This document shows, one piece after another, positions 1-10,264 of a stretch of 64,000 bases of DNA (position 1 is its first letter; each line of letters starts with the position of its first letter). Origin of the DNA: Ignavibacteria bacterium (lineage in GTDB: Bacteria; Bacteroidota; Ignavibacteria; Kapaibacteriales; UBA4661); contig JACVZY010000104.1 in assembly GCA_014654705.1 (NCBI GenBank), forward strand, positions 16,863 to 80,862, written 5' to 3'. The position numbers were made by a program, and so were the translations under genes. The notes under the pieces were generated by a model. It was not told the DNA's origin, searched no databases, and saw nothing but the letters and a program-made list of their open reading frames with translations.

Positions 1-1668
1 GTGGAACTGAAAACAGGTCAAACCTACCGTTCTGCGCCACCTCGCTTTGTGGATGCATTGGAATCGGATTCGGTTGTTGCGCTAAAATTTATCATGGAAC
101 ACGCTTCGGAGCAGGAATTGAGGCTGGCGGCGGTTTATAGACAAGTGGATGGACGCGGCGAATTTGAGCAATTACCGCTCTTTGTATCGCCCGGTAAACT
201 AAACGCAACAAAGGCAAATACGCCCGATGCAAGTAATGAAGCGAGTTCAGACGCAATGATAATTACCTTCGACGACCGCGTAGAGCCGGAGCATATCATT
301 CGGTATTTTGTGCAAATGCAAGACGGTGTGGGCAATATGGGCGCTCGCTCCGATACAGCATCAGTGATTTCCCTCACACAAAGCGCCATTCCTCGTATCA
401 CGCAAGCCTCCGCAAAGGACACTATCGGGGGAATTTTCCTGCGTTGGAAGCCCTTAGCGCCAAAGCCGTATTTTCTCGGTGTGCAAATCAGCCGTGCCGA
501 CGGACCGGAATCACCCTATACGCCGCTTGATACCGTGAGTTTGCATGATTCCACGTATTTTGACAAAACCGTGTATAGCGGACGCTCGTACTTTTATGCC
601 ATCAAAGCAATAATGCTTCGCCTCGCCCAAGAACAGCCTTCTGTCTGGGTTTCAGCGGCACACCGCAACAGTTCCAAGCCGCCGCTTCCCGTGTATGGTT
701 TGGAAGGCGAATGGACAAGGGAACGCTTGTCAACAAAAGACGCAAAACGTAAGGAAATAAGCGGCGTTCGACTACGCTGGCAATCATCAGTCGAGCAGGA
801 CGTTGCGAATTATCTGGTGTATCGCGGGCTTCCCGGGCAGCCGATGGGTGTAGTTTCCTTGCCGATTCCTCCCGGACAAACAACATATTTCGATACCGAT
901 TCCACATTGAGCGGAACATCGCTCTACGTCTATGCCGTGCGGGCAGTAAATTTCACAGGACAAGAAAGCAGCGACTCCAAACTGTTGCGAGTCCGTCCGG
1001 ATAAACCTGCTCCAATGCGACCACCTGTTGGGTTTGGTGGCTATGAGGAATATGGTACGGTACGATTGCAATGGCAGCCTGAAGCGCAGGAAGCCTATAG
1101 AGTAGCGGGATACAAGGTGTATCGGCGTTTGATTGCGACCGAACCGGGGCGTGAACAGCGTGAAAATATCGAACAAGCACCCAAAACTGCTTTTCTTGCA
1201 CCTGCGGAAGAAAATGCACCGAAGTTTGGTTTTAAGTCACTTATGAGCAATACCACAACGGCAACATTTTTTCAAGATGCTTCTCTCAAAGAAAACGAAC
1301 TCTACGAGTATGCTGTTGCTGCGCTTGATGCAAGCGGCAATGAAAGTGGCTTATCGGCGGTATTCCGCTTTGCACTGGCGGAGATGGAACTCATGCCGCC
1401 CTCGCGGGTGTATGTACGTGAAGTGGAAAAAGGTGTGGAACTTTCGTGGAGCGAGCAAACACAAAGCAAAGGCAAAAAGATTGTTATTTACCGCCGAACC
1501 GAGCAGGAATCAACACCCAAGATCCTTACGGTTTTGGATGCCGATGAAACCTCATTTTTGGACAGCAACGTGAAATCAAACACGCTCTACATCTATTCTC
1601 TTCGTATGCAGTTGTCCGACAAGCGAGAATCTATTCTTTCTTACGAGGTGAGCCTACGAAAAGAATAA
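1..1668 (+). CDS. Multi-fibronectin type III repeat protein, probably 5'-truncated by the window edge
   Basis: At least four FN3-like units (L.W...Y.VYR...Y.Y.V.A patterns); ORF open at position 1; no T9SS CTD at the C-terminus. Confidence 0.75.
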   Translation: MELKTGQTYRSAPPRFVDALESDSVVALKFIMEHASEQELRLAAVYRQVDGRGEFEQLPLFVSPGKLNATKANTPDASNEASSDAMIITFDDRVEPEHIIRYFVQMQDGVGNMGARSDTASVISLTQSAIPRITQASAKDTIGGIFLRWKPLAPKPYFLGVQISRADGPESPYTPLDTVSLHDSTYFDKTVYSGRSYFYAIKAIMLRLAQEQPSVWVSAAHRNSSKPPLPVYGLEGEWTRERLSTKDAKRKEISGVRLRWQSSVEQDVANYLVYRGLPGQPMGVVSLPIPPGQTTYFDTDSTLSGTSLYVYAVRAVNFTGQESSDSKLLRVRPDKPAPMRPPVGFGGYEEYGTVRLQWQPEAQEAYRVAGYKVYRRLIATEPGREQRENIEQAPKTAFLAPAEENAPKFGFKSLMSNTTTATFFQDASLKENELYEYAVAALDASGNESGLSAVFRFALAEMELMPPSRVYVREVEKGVELSWSEQTQSKGKKIVIYRRTEQESTPKILTVLDADETSFLDSNVKSNTLYIYSLRMQLSDKRESILSYEVSLRKE

Positions 1669-1869
1669 ATCTGGAAAAGAATGAAAGCATTACCCCATTG
1701 ATCGGACAACATATATCGTCTGCACAGAATACCACGCTCCATGAATGATTCATCATCTATTGCGCCAGTAACGATGCGCCTTTGGAATAGGCTTACTCCG
1801 TAATAAGCGTTCAATCTCTCCGAGCGCATCGGCATTCTCCAAAAAATTACTATATTGCGCCCACCTAAC

Positions 1870-1905
1870 AAACCTCACAGAAGATATCGTTCTGTGAGGC
1901 TTTTT
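1870..1905. repeat. AAACCTCACAG/CTGTGAGG hairpin (terminator or REP-like)
   Basis: aacctcacagaa-gatatcg-ttctgtgaggct followed by a T-run; same arms recur at 25028-25060. Confidence 0.55.
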
Positions 1906-1938
1906 CTTTCGTTGCAGTTCACCTGCCTTCAAAAGAGC

Positions 1939-2772
1939 ATGAAACCTCACCAAAAAAATCAATCATCAAGCGCACGGCAACAACCCACGAAGCCTGACAT
2001 TCTCTTTGAGGATGAGCACATTCTCGTTCTGGCAAAGCCTGCCGGACTGCTGACACTACCCGACCGCTTCAATCAGGCGTTACCGAACCTTCGTACGATC
2101 CTTGTGGAGCGCTATGGCACAATCTTCGTGGTGCATCGTATTGACCGTGAGACAAGCGGAGTGATGCTCTTCTGCAAGACCGCCGAAGCGCACAAGGCAT
2201 TGAGCGAGCAGTTTGAAACCCGCTCTGTGCGTAAAATTTATCATGCACTGGCACAAGGGCGCTTTGAGCAGGAAGAACTCGCTATTGATATTCCGCTTCA
2301 CGCCGACCCCGCACGTCCGGGCTTGATGTCTCCATCGGTGCGCGGTAAAGAATCCCTGACACAAGTGCGGGTGCTGAAGCGCTTCCGCATGGCAACACTA
2401 CTGGAATGTGAGCTGATTACCGGACGACAGCACCAAATTCGTGTTCACTGCGCGGCAGTAGGTCATCCACTCTTGGTGGACAAGGACTATGGCGGCTTAG
2501 ATGAGTTTATGCTTTCGTCGGTGAAGCGCAAGTATAACGTCGGCAAGCACGAAGAAGAAAAGCCCTTAATGACCCGCACGACTCTTCACGCCTTCAGTAT
2601 GACGTTCACGCACCCCGCCACGCAGGAAGCGATGAGTTTTGAAGCGCCGTATCCGAAAGATTTCAAGGCACTCCTGCAAGCACTGGATAAGTATGCTTCC
2701 TATAAAAACTTTGCTCTTCCAAGCGCCGCACGATGCGAGGATGTGAGCGATTGGCAGGAGTTTTTGGGGTAA
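1939..2772 (+). CDS. RluA/RluD family RNA pseudouridine synthase
   Basis: KPAGL, VHRIDRETSG (catalytic Asp), TGRQHQIRVH, LHA motifs; start taken at ATG 1939. Confidence 0.93.
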   Translation: MKPHQKNQSSSARQQPTKPDILFEDEHILVLAKPAGLLTLPDRFNQALPNLRTILVERYGTIFVVHRIDRETSGVMLFCKTAEAHKALSEQFETRSVRKIYHALAQGRFEQEELAIDIPLHADPARPGLMSPSVRGKESLTQVRVLKRFRMATLLECELITGRQHQIRVHCAAVGHPLLVDKDYGGLDEFMLSSVKRKYNVGKHEEEKPLMTRTTLHAFSMTFTHPATQEAMSFEAPYPKDFKALLQALDKYASYKNFALPSAARCEDVSDWQEFLG

Positions 2773-2868
2773 CGATGATGACCGATTTGGCATACGATTC
2801 GGTCGGAACATACTATTTCCGGTGTCACAACCAACAACACATTTCTCCACCATTCTCTTTTTGCTGCT

Positions 2869-4782
2869 ATGAACCGTTTTGTCTTTTCTTTTTTTGTTTG
2901 CATCCTTGCAAGCTCTTTTGCACTTATTGCCCAGACTTCACCCGCTCAAGTAGCTGAAGATTCGGCATTCGTGCGGGAAAATTACGTTAAAACCGAAGTT
3001 TCAATACCGATGCGGGACGGTACGAAGCTCTTTACGACTATCTATGCACCCAAAGATGCCTCCGAGACCAATAAATACCCCATCATCATGCAGCGCACCT
3101 GTTACAGCGTAGAACCCTACGGTGCGGACAAATACGAAAAACTTCTCTCGCCGAGCCGCACGATGATGCGCGAAAAATACATCGTCGTCTATCAGGACGT
3201 GCGCGGGCGCTGGATGTCCGAAGGGACGTGGACAAATATGACGCCGCATCTCCCAAGCAAAAAAGCCAAAACTGAGGTGGATGAAGCATCCGATACCTTC
3301 GATACGATTGAATGGCTTTTGAAAAATGTGAAATTCCATAACGGGCGCGTGGGACAGTGGGGCATTTCCTATCCCGGTTATTATGCTATTGCAGGCGCAT
3401 TGGCGCAGCATCCCGCGCTCAAAGCCTCATCGCCGCAAGCACCTATCGCTGACTTTTTCTTTGATGACTTCCATCACAACGGTGCAATGACGCTGGGCTA
3501 TTTCATGGCATATCCACTTTTCGGTGTGCAGAAGCCAAAACCAACGTCCGAGCAATGGTATGAATGGCTCAAGCCCGGCACCCGCGACGGGTGGCAGTTC
3601 CAAATGGATATTGGTCCGCTCAAAAACGCCACCGAGCGCTATTACAAAGACAATTTCTTCTGGAACGAAATGGTCGAGCACCCGAACTATGATGATTTTT
3701 GGAAAAAGCGCAATTTGCTCCCGCACCTGAAAAATATCAAACACGCCGTAATGATTGTTGGCGGCTGGTTCGATGCCGAAGACCTCTACGGACCGCTTAA
3801 TATCTACAAAACGGTGGAGAAAAATAATCCCGGCACCTACAACACTATCGTCATGGGACCCTTCGGGCACGGCGACTGGGCGCGTGACCAAGCACACCAC
3901 CTGCATAGCAACATCTACTTTGGCGACAGCATTTCAACGTTTTATCAGCGTGACATTGAAGCCAAGTTTTTCCGCCACTTCCTGAAAGAAGCAGGAGACG
4001 GGAAATCGGGCTTGCCGGAAGCATATATGTTCGATACGGGCAAAAAAATATGGCGTACCTTCAATGAGTACCCACTCAAGTCCGCAAAGCAGACGAAACT
4101 CTACTTCCACGATGGCGGTAAACTGGCGCAAACTCCGCCGGACAGCACAGCAAAGCAACCTTTTACCGAGTACGTGAGCGACCCTGCTAAACCTGTTCCC
4201 TACACCGAAGACCGCACGACGCTGATGGGAATCACCATGCGCAAATACATGAGCGAAGACCAGCGTTTTGCTTCGCAGCGTCCCGACGTGCTCACGTTCC
4301 AAACCGACACGCTCACCGAAGACATGACGCTTGGTGGTGAAATCACCGCAGCGTTGAAAGTGGCTACAACGGGCACGGATGCTGATTGGGTGGTGAAGTT
4401 GATTGATGTCTATCCGGGCAATGAACCGAATCATGCCTATATGCCGCACAAAAACATCGTTCTGGGCGGGTATCAGCAAATGGTTCGTTCGGAAATCATG
4501 CGTTCACGCTTCCGCAAGAGCTTCGAGAAGCCGGAGCCGCTGAAACCGAACGAAATCACGCCGATTACGTTCCGCCTGCAAGACGTTCTGCACACGTTCA
4601 AAAAAGGACACCGCATTATGATTCAGGTGCAAAGCACATGGTTCCCCGCTTTCGACCGCAACCCGCAGAAATACGTGGAGAACATTTACAAAGCCAACGC
4701 GGAAGATTTCATCAAAGCCACGCACCGCGTCTATCATACGAAGAATGATGCGAGTTATGTGCAGGTAGAAGTGATTGAGTAA
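2869..4782 (+). CDS. CocE/NonD family hydrolase (peptidase S15 / alpha-amino acid ester hydrolase-like), secreted
   Basis: Signal peptide; IPMRDGTKL, QDVRGRWMSEG, GISYPG nucleophile elbow, GGWFDAED, PepX_C-type C-terminus. Confidence 0.93.
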   Translation: MNRFVFSFFVCILASSFALIAQTSPAQVAEDSAFVRENYVKTEVSIPMRDGTKLFTTIYAPKDASETNKYPIIMQRTCYSVEPYGADKYEKLLSPSRTMMREKYIVVYQDVRGRWMSEGTWTNMTPHLPSKKAKTEVDEASDTFDTIEWLLKNVKFHNGRVGQWGISYPGYYAIAGALAQHPALKASSPQAPIADFFFDDFHHNGAMTLGYFMAYPLFGVQKPKPTSEQWYEWLKPGTRDGWQFQMDIGPLKNATERYYKDNFFWNEMVEHPNYDDFWKKRNLLPHLKNIKHAVMIVGGWFDAEDLYGPLNIYKTVEKNNPGTYNTIVMGPFGHGDWARDQAHHLHSNIYFGDSISTFYQRDIEAKFFRHFLKEAGDGKSGLPEAYMFDTGKKIWRTFNEYPLKSAKQTKLYFHDGGKLAQTPPDSTAKQPFTEYVSDPAKPVPYTEDRTTLMGITMRKYMSEDQRFASQRPDVLTFQTDTLTEDMTLGGEITAALKVATTGTDADWVVKLIDVYPGNEPNHAYMPHKNIVLGGYQQMVRSEIMRSRFRKSFEKPEPLKPNEITPITFRLQDVLHTFKKGHRIMIQVQSTWFPAFDRNPQKYVENIYKANAEDFIKATHRVYHTKNDASYVQVEVIE

Positions 4783-4908
4783 CAATGCTGGGTTAATAAT
4801 TTCTTCTCGCCCCGCACGTGTTCTCGCTTGCGGGGCTTTTGTTTGCCTATAAGGTTAGAAAACACTAGATTTGCGGGCGTTACCATTTCAGATACTTTGT
4901 TTTCAGAC

Positions 4909-5469
4909 ATGACCACACTCCTCCAAACCCCACGCCTCCGCTTACGTGCCTTCACGCCTGAAGACGCTCCACGCCTCGCCGCGCTGGATGCCGACACAGA
5001 CGTGCTGCGCTACATCGGGCAGCCGATGGCAACGTCGCTTCAAGGCTACGAAGAATTTATCGCAGCGCTGGAGCAAAAATACTATGCGAATAAGGAGTCA
5101 TCGCCGCTCTACGGCTTTTGGGCGGCAGAAGAGCGCGAAACGGGTACGTTCTTGGGGTGGTATTTGCTGCGTCCAGCGTTGGACTACCGTTTTGCCAAAG
5201 AAGCTGAGTACGAAGCGGGGCAAGTCGAGATTGGCTACCGTTTTCATCATGCCGTCTGGGGCAAAGGCTACGCCACCGAAGGCGCACAGGAACTGGTGAG
5301 AAGAGCGCTCATGGAAGAGCGCACAAAAGCGATTGTTTCACTGGCACTCGTGGAAAATCGTGCTTCCACGCGGGTAATGGAGAAATGTGGTTTAGTGCCG
5401 GACGGTGAGGTTGTTTTGCCGGGCTATGCAATGCGCGGCATTCGGTATAAACTTCTCAAAACCGCATAA
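4909..5469 (+). CDS. GNAT N-acetyltransferase (RimJ/RimL type)
   Basis: LQTPRLRLR, EIGY, WGKGYATE, NRASTRVMEKCG; TAGATTTG promoter-like element at ~4865. Confidence 0.9.
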   Translation: MTTLLQTPRLRLRAFTPEDAPRLAALDADTDVLRYIGQPMATSLQGYEEFIAALEQKYYANKESSPLYGFWAAEERETGTFLGWYLLRPALDYRFAKEAEYEAGQVEIGYRFHHAVWGKGYATEGAQELVRRALMEERTKAIVSLALVENRASTRVMEKCGLVPDGEVVLPGYAMRGIRYKLLKTA

Positions 5470-5488
5470 AAACTTCAAGGAAGAAATA

Positions 5489-6193
5489 ATGTCCCCCATA
5501 GAATTTGCTATCAAACTCGCTGTTGCTTTTGGGCTTGGCGCTGCCATCGGTTTTGAACGGCAGTGGCAGCACCGAAGCGCCGGATTACGCACGAACACAC
5601 TCGTTGCGCTTGGTTCGGCGGCGTATATTCTCATTTCGGAAGTGATTTTGGGAAAATCCGGCGATCCGACCCGCATTGCGGGACAAATCGTCGTTGGTGT
5701 TGGTTTTTTGGGTTCGGGTGTGATTATGCGCGAAGGCTTCAACGTGCAAGGGCTGAACACGGCAGCAACTATATGGTGTTCGGCGGCAGTTGGGTGTTTG
5801 TCCGGTTTTGGTTTGTTCGCCGAAGCAGCAATATCGGCATCGGCAGTCATCTTGGCGCACCTTACCTTGCGCCCGCTTGGCAAATTGCTCAATCGCCGCC
5901 CTTTGCAGCGCAATGACATGAACACCGCGTATTATCTCATTATCACCGCCGACAAAGCCAGCGAATCCGCCATACGCGAGCAGGTGATAGAACTTGTCAG
6001 TAATTCCGAGCAGTTGGCGCTAAATATGCTCAAAAGCGCGGCGAAAAGCGCGGAACAAAGTCTCATCAGCGCAGAGATTCTCACGCGCAAGCCCGAAGAG
6101 CGTGTCATTGAGGCAATAACGGGCAAAATGTTGTTGCAGCGCGGCGTGAGCGCGGCGCATTGGGAACTGCGCTCACATGAGCAGGAGTATTGA
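5489..6193 (+). CDS. MgtC/SapB family membrane protein
   Basis: GAAIGFERQ, AGLRTNTLV, RIAGQIVVGVGFLGSG, GLNTAATIW; ACT-like C-terminus. Confidence 0.93.
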   Translation: MSPIEFAIKLAVAFGLGAAIGFERQWQHRSAGLRTNTLVALGSAAYILISEVILGKSGDPTRIAGQIVVGVGFLGSGVIMREGFNVQGLNTAATIWCSAAVGCLSGFGLFAEAAISASAVILAHLTLRPLGKLLNRRPLQRNDMNTAYYLIITADKASESAIREQVIELVSNSEQLALNMLKSAAKSAEQSLISAEILTRKPEERVIEAITGKMLLQRGVSAAHWELRSHEQEY

Positions 6194-6257
6194 GCAAGGT
6201 TGCCTATTGTCCCGACCATAATTCATGATTTTTCATTCGTACCTTGAAATTCACACC

Positions 6258-6956
6258 ATGACTTTCGGAGACCGCCTCTACACCTTTTACACCACACTCC
6301 GCCTCGAATCACCATTGCCAAGCGGTATAGAGGCAATGAATCCCTATCTGCGCCCCGAAACGCAGGCGTGTGTACGTGCCTTTTGCGACAAGTATTTTGC
6401 TGACAAAAAGAGTAATCGTGTTTCGGTCTGGGGCATCAATCCCGGTCGCTTCGGCGGTGGCTTGACGGGGTTGTCTTTCACCGACCCCGTGATTTTACGG
6501 GAGATTTGCGGTATTCAGAACACATTGGGCACAAAGCACGAGCTTTCGGCAGAATACGTCTGGAGCGTGATTGCGGAGTATGGCGGAGCGGAGCGCTTTT
6601 TCGGGGATTTTTTCTTGACTGCACTCTGCCCGCTCGGCTTTGTGAAGCAAAAAGAGGCGAGTGAAATCAACTATAATTTTTACGATGATAAAGCACTATT
6701 TCAAGCCGTGAAGTCGTTTATGGTCGAGACGATGCAGCAGCAAATCGCTATGGGATTGCGCCAAGATGTGGCTATTTGCTTCGGCACAGGCAAGCTGCAT
6801 AGCGCTTTTGAGGCAATCAACGCAGAGTACAGCTTTTTTGAACGGATATTACCGCTTGAGCATCCACGCTTTATCATGCAGTATCGCCGTAAAGAAATAG
6901 CACAGTATCGGCAAAAATATATGGATGTGTTGAGCTTGGTGCTAGGGCAGTCGTGA
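6258..6956 (+). CDS. SMUG2/DUF4918 family uracil-DNA glycosylase
   Basis: GINPGRFGGGLTGLSFTDP, CPLGF, NYNFYD, LEHPRFIMQY. Confidence 0.85.
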   Translation: MTFGDRLYTFYTTLRLESPLPSGIEAMNPYLRPETQACVRAFCDKYFADKKSNRVSVWGINPGRFGGGLTGLSFTDPVILREICGIQNTLGTKHELSAEYVWSVIAEYGGAERFFGDFFLTALCPLGFVKQKEASEINYNFYDDKALFQAVKSFMVETMQQQIAMGLRQDVAICFGTGKLHSAFEAINAEYSFFERILPLEHPRFIMQYRRKEIAQYRQKYMDVLSLVLGQS

Positions 6957-7073
6957 AATAGCCGTTGGTTTTTTGGGAAATTCCTTGTACATTTATTGCC
7001 TTCATTCAGAGAGAAGTTACCGCAGCGTGTTTGCTGCTGAGAGTTTGTTTTCCCACACCATGTTTTTTTACTC

Positions 7074-7730
7074 ATGCAAGAATTTGCAACGATTATCATT
7101 GATTTTGATTCCACTCTTGTGCAGGTCGAATCCCTTGAAGACCTTGCTGATATTGCTCTGGCGAATGCTGATGACCGCTTGGAGCGCGTTCAGTCTATCG
7201 CCGACCTCACCAATCAAGCAATGACCGGCACGATGGGCTTCGATGAAGCACTTGCACGGCGTATTCCGCTTCTGGGCGCACGGCGCGAGCATTTGACGGA
7301 ATTGGTGGAAGTTTTGAAGCAAAAATATACACCCTCTCTTTTGCGTAATACGGCGTGGTTCCGTGCAAACAGTGAGCGCTTGTACGTGGTGTCGGGTGGC
7401 TTTCGGGAGTTTATTGTTCCTGTGATGGAGCCGCTTGGATTCAAGCCCGAGAATATCTTCGCCAATACATTTATCTTTGACGATGCAGGAAATATCACAG
7501 CGGCAGACACAGCAAATTTTTTATCGCAAGATGACGGTAAAACAAAACTGCTTCGGCATTTGAACTTACCCAAGCCGCGCCTTATCATTGGCGACGGCTT
7601 TAGTGATTACCAACTTCGTGCTAGTGGGGAATGCGAAGCCTTTTATGTGCTGACTGAAAACATCAATCGTTCCGAAGTGGTAAAACGTGCAGACCGCGTG
7701 CTGGCGAGTTTTGACGAGCTTTTGGGATGA
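7074..7730 (+). CDS. HAD-IB phosphatase, phosphoserine phosphatase (SerB)-like
   Basis: DFDSTLVQVESL, VSGGF, IGDGFSD motifs. Confidence 0.85.
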   Translation: MQEFATIIIDFDSTLVQVESLEDLADIALANADDRLERVQSIADLTNQAMTGTMGFDEALARRIPLLGARREHLTELVEVLKQKYTPSLLRNTAWFRANSERLYVVSGGFREFIVPVMEPLGFKPENIFANTFIFDDAGNITAADTANFLSQDDGKTKLLRHLNLPKPRLIIGDGFSDYQLRASGECEAFYVLTENINRSEVVKRADRVLASFDELLG

Positions 7731-7735
7731 CGCTT

Positions 7736-8542
7736 TCACGTTACTTTTGCCGTACGCAAAATCCGTGCAAAGAGCGTCGGCACAAAGCGCTTCAGATAAA
7801 CACCCATTTTCTCGCGTCCTCCGATATACACTTCCAGCTTGTGCGCTCGAACAGCAGTAAGGATGCGCCGTGCGCATTCGTCCGCGCTCATGCCGTTTGC
7901 TTGCGCGTCGTCCATAACGTTTTGAGCCGCACCGTCGCCCGTGAGGGCATTGACAGAGACTTGCGTCTTGATAAATCCCGGGCAAATGATGGTCACGTGC
8001 AATCCGTCCCCATGCGTCTCAGCGCGGAGTGCATCGAAAAAGCCATGTAATGCGTGTTTTGCGGCGGAATAGCTGGAGCGAAGCGGTGTCCCGAACTTAC
8101 CCACGAGGCTCGACACCACAACAAAATGTCCTGCTTTCCGCGCCAAAAATGAGGGCAAAAGCGCTTTGGTGAGCGCGACAGTCCCGAAATAATCAATTTC
8201 CATAATGCGCCTATCGACAGCAAGCGTGGTGTCCTTTGCCAGTGAGCGCTGCGAAATGCCGCCATTATGCAGCATCACATCCACCGTGCCTTTCCATGCA
8301 AGCGCTTCTTGCACTTTGCCGTGAAGTGAATCGCTATCGGCAAGGTCGAGCGGGAGAATAAGAAAATGTTCATCTGAAATGCTTGTAAAGCGCATACATT
8401 CTGCCTTCACACGCTCCAATTCATTTTGGCGGCGGGCAGAGAGAATGATGTTTGCGCCTTCTTGAGCAAACGCATGAACAAGCGCCTCGCCGATGCCCGA
8501 TGAAGCGCCTGTTATCCAGACGGTTTTATTGGAAAAGCTCAT
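7736..8542 (-). CDS. SDR family oxidoreductase (DHRS7-like)
   Basis: TGASSGIG, HNGGISQRS, YSAAKHA. Confidence 0.92.
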   Translation of the reverse strand: MSFSNKTVWITGASSGIGEALVHAFAQEGANIILSARRQNELERVKAECMRFTSISDEHFLILPLDLADSDSLHGKVQEALAWKGTVDVMLHNGGISQRSLAKDTTLAVDRRIMEIDYFGTVALTKALLPSFLARKAGHFVVVSSLVGKFGTPLRSSYSAAKHALHGFFDALRAETHGDGLHVTIICPGFIKTQVSVNALTGDGAAQNVMDDAQANGMSADECARRILTAVRAHKLEVYIGGREKMGVYLKRFVPTLFARILRTAKVT

Positions 8543-8586
8543 GAGTTTATTGGAAATGAAGTTGAGAAAGCCTACCGTTTCTGCTG

Positions 8587-8614
8587 AAAAAGGCTATCCT
8601 TGTGAGATAGCCTT
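8587..8614 (-). terminator. Probable intrinsic terminator after the YceI-family gene
   Basis: aaggctatc/gatagcctt stem with a U-run on the minus strand. Confidence 0.5.
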
Positions 8615-8649
8615 GTCGCTTGATGCTCATAAAGCGCATTGCTGTGCGC

Positions 8650-9234
8650 TTACTTCTTAATCAATTCAATGTTAATGTCAAGATTTACGTCATTACCTAC
8701 CAAGAGTTCGCCTGCTGCTAATTTGCCATTCCATGTTAAGCCCCACTGCGTTCTATCAATCACCCCACTAAGTTTGAAGCCGGCTTTGGTATTCTTGTAA
8801 GGATCGACGACTGTTCCTTTATAGATAACATCGAGAGTAATTTCTTTGGTGATGCCATGCATCGTGAAATCGCCCGTCAAGATGTACTTTTTTTGACCAG
8901 TGGCTTTGAGCGATTTACTTACAAACTGGATAGATGGGTACTTTGCCACATCAAAGAAGTCCGCAGACTTCAAGTGTCCGTCACGTTTTGCATCTTCGGT
9001 ATTGATACTGCTGGCATCAATCGTGAAATCAATTTTTGCATCAGAGAAATCGGGTTTGTCCGAGAGCACAGTACCGTCAAACTTGACAAATTTTCCTTCT
9101 GTTTCGGAAATACCAAAGTGAGCGATGGAGAAGCCTACTTTGGCGTGGGAAGCATCGTAGCCCCATTTTGTAGTTTGTGCGATGACAAAGGTTGTGTTGA
9201 TAAGCAGTGCTGCAAGAATCAAGAGCGTTTTCAT
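8650..9234 (-). CDS. YceI family polyisoprenoid-binding protein
   Basis: Signal peptide; DASHAKVGFSIAH, RDGHLKSADFFD, GDFTMHG. Confidence 0.93.
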   Translation of the reverse strand: MKTLLILAALLINTTFVIAQTTKWGYDASHAKVGFSIAHFGISETEGKFVKFDGTVLSDKPDFSDAKIDFTIDASSINTEDAKRDGHLKSADFFDVAKYPSIQFVSKSLKATGQKKYILTGDFTMHGITKEITLDVIYKGTVVDPYKNTKAGFKLSGVIDRTQWGLTWNGKLAAGELLVGNDVNLDINIELIKK

Positions 9235-9291
9235 GGCTAAATATAGTAAAAAATATTTCAAAAAAATGAGTTGATAAAATTTTGCCGAACT

Positions 9292-10146
9292 TTATGCAAA
9301 TACAGCGCTTTCTGCCACATGTTTCCATGAAGCAATATCTTTTTGAACGCTTTCTAGCTTTGCTGTGAGTGTTCCAAGAGCAATTTTGCCAAGCGGTAAG
9401 CGCAAGGGCGGTTCGGCGGCGGCTACGACCTGTATGATTGCTTGGGCTGCTTTGTACGGATCGCCTTCTTGCTTGCCGTTCACGAGCTGCATCCGCTCTC
9501 GAAACGCCCCTGCCGTTGCGTCGTAGGCAGTAAGTCGTGCAGACGCTTGACGAAGAGAATCACCCGCGAAATTGGTGCGAAATGGTCCCGGTTCAACGAT
9601 AGTAAGTCGTATGCCAAGCGGTGCTATTTCCGCCGCCAGAGCCTCGCTAAAACCCTCCAGCGCGAATTTACTTGCATTATACACGCCAAATCCCGGCATT
9701 GCCTTGAAGCCACCATGCGAGGAAATCTGCACAATGTGTCCACTTTGCTGTTGGCGGAAGATAGGAAGCACTGCTTGGGTGATTTGCAACGCGCCAAAAA
9801 CATTTGCCTCAAATACCCCACGTACCTCATCAATACTTGCCTCTTCAATCGCTCCTGCGAACCCGAATCCTGCATTATTGACCAGTACATCCAAACGACC
9901 AAAGCGAGACCGTACTATATCGAAGGCGGAGCGTATGTCGTTTGGCTTGGTGAGATCAAGCGTGAGTGCAAAAGCACGGTCGTGATGGGTCTCGTTGAAC
10001 GCTTCTGTTTGTGCGGGATTACGGAATGTGCCGATAATAAACTCACCTTTCGCTATCACTGCGTCTGCAAGCGCTTTGCCCAAGCCGCTCGAAATACCGG
10101 TGATAAACCAAATTTGTTGCTCCGTTCGATGTGCTTCTTCGCTCAT
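9292..10146 (-). CDS. SDR family oxidoreductase
   Basis: WFITGISSGLG, NNAG, YNASKFALEG, VEPGPFRT. Confidence 0.92.
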   Translation of the reverse strand: MSEEAHRTEQQIWFITGISSGLGKALADAVIAKGEFIIGTFRNPAQTEAFNETHHDRAFALTLDLTKPNDIRSAFDIVRSRFGRLDVLVNNAGFGFAGAIEEASIDEVRGVFEANVFGALQITQAVLPIFRQQQSGHIVQISSHGGFKAMPGFGVYNASKFALEGFSEALAAEIAPLGIRLTIVEPGPFRTNFAGDSLRQASARLTAYDATAGAFRERMQLVNGKQEGDPYKAAQAIIQVVAAAEPPLRLPLGKIALGTLTAKLESVQKDIASWKHVAESAVFA

Positions 10147-10264
10147 GACGCTACCTCCTCTTTGTACATTTGTACCATGACAATATTTTCCTCAAAAAAT
10201 AGATAAAGTGAAAACTAACGGTACAAAAGTAGCATAGAAACTAGCTTCCTAGGTAGAAGAGAAT

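Noticed and set aside
1641-1962. Short minus-strand ORFs between the FN3 and RluA-family genes
   Set aside because: No recognisable motif or RBS, and they overlap real genes
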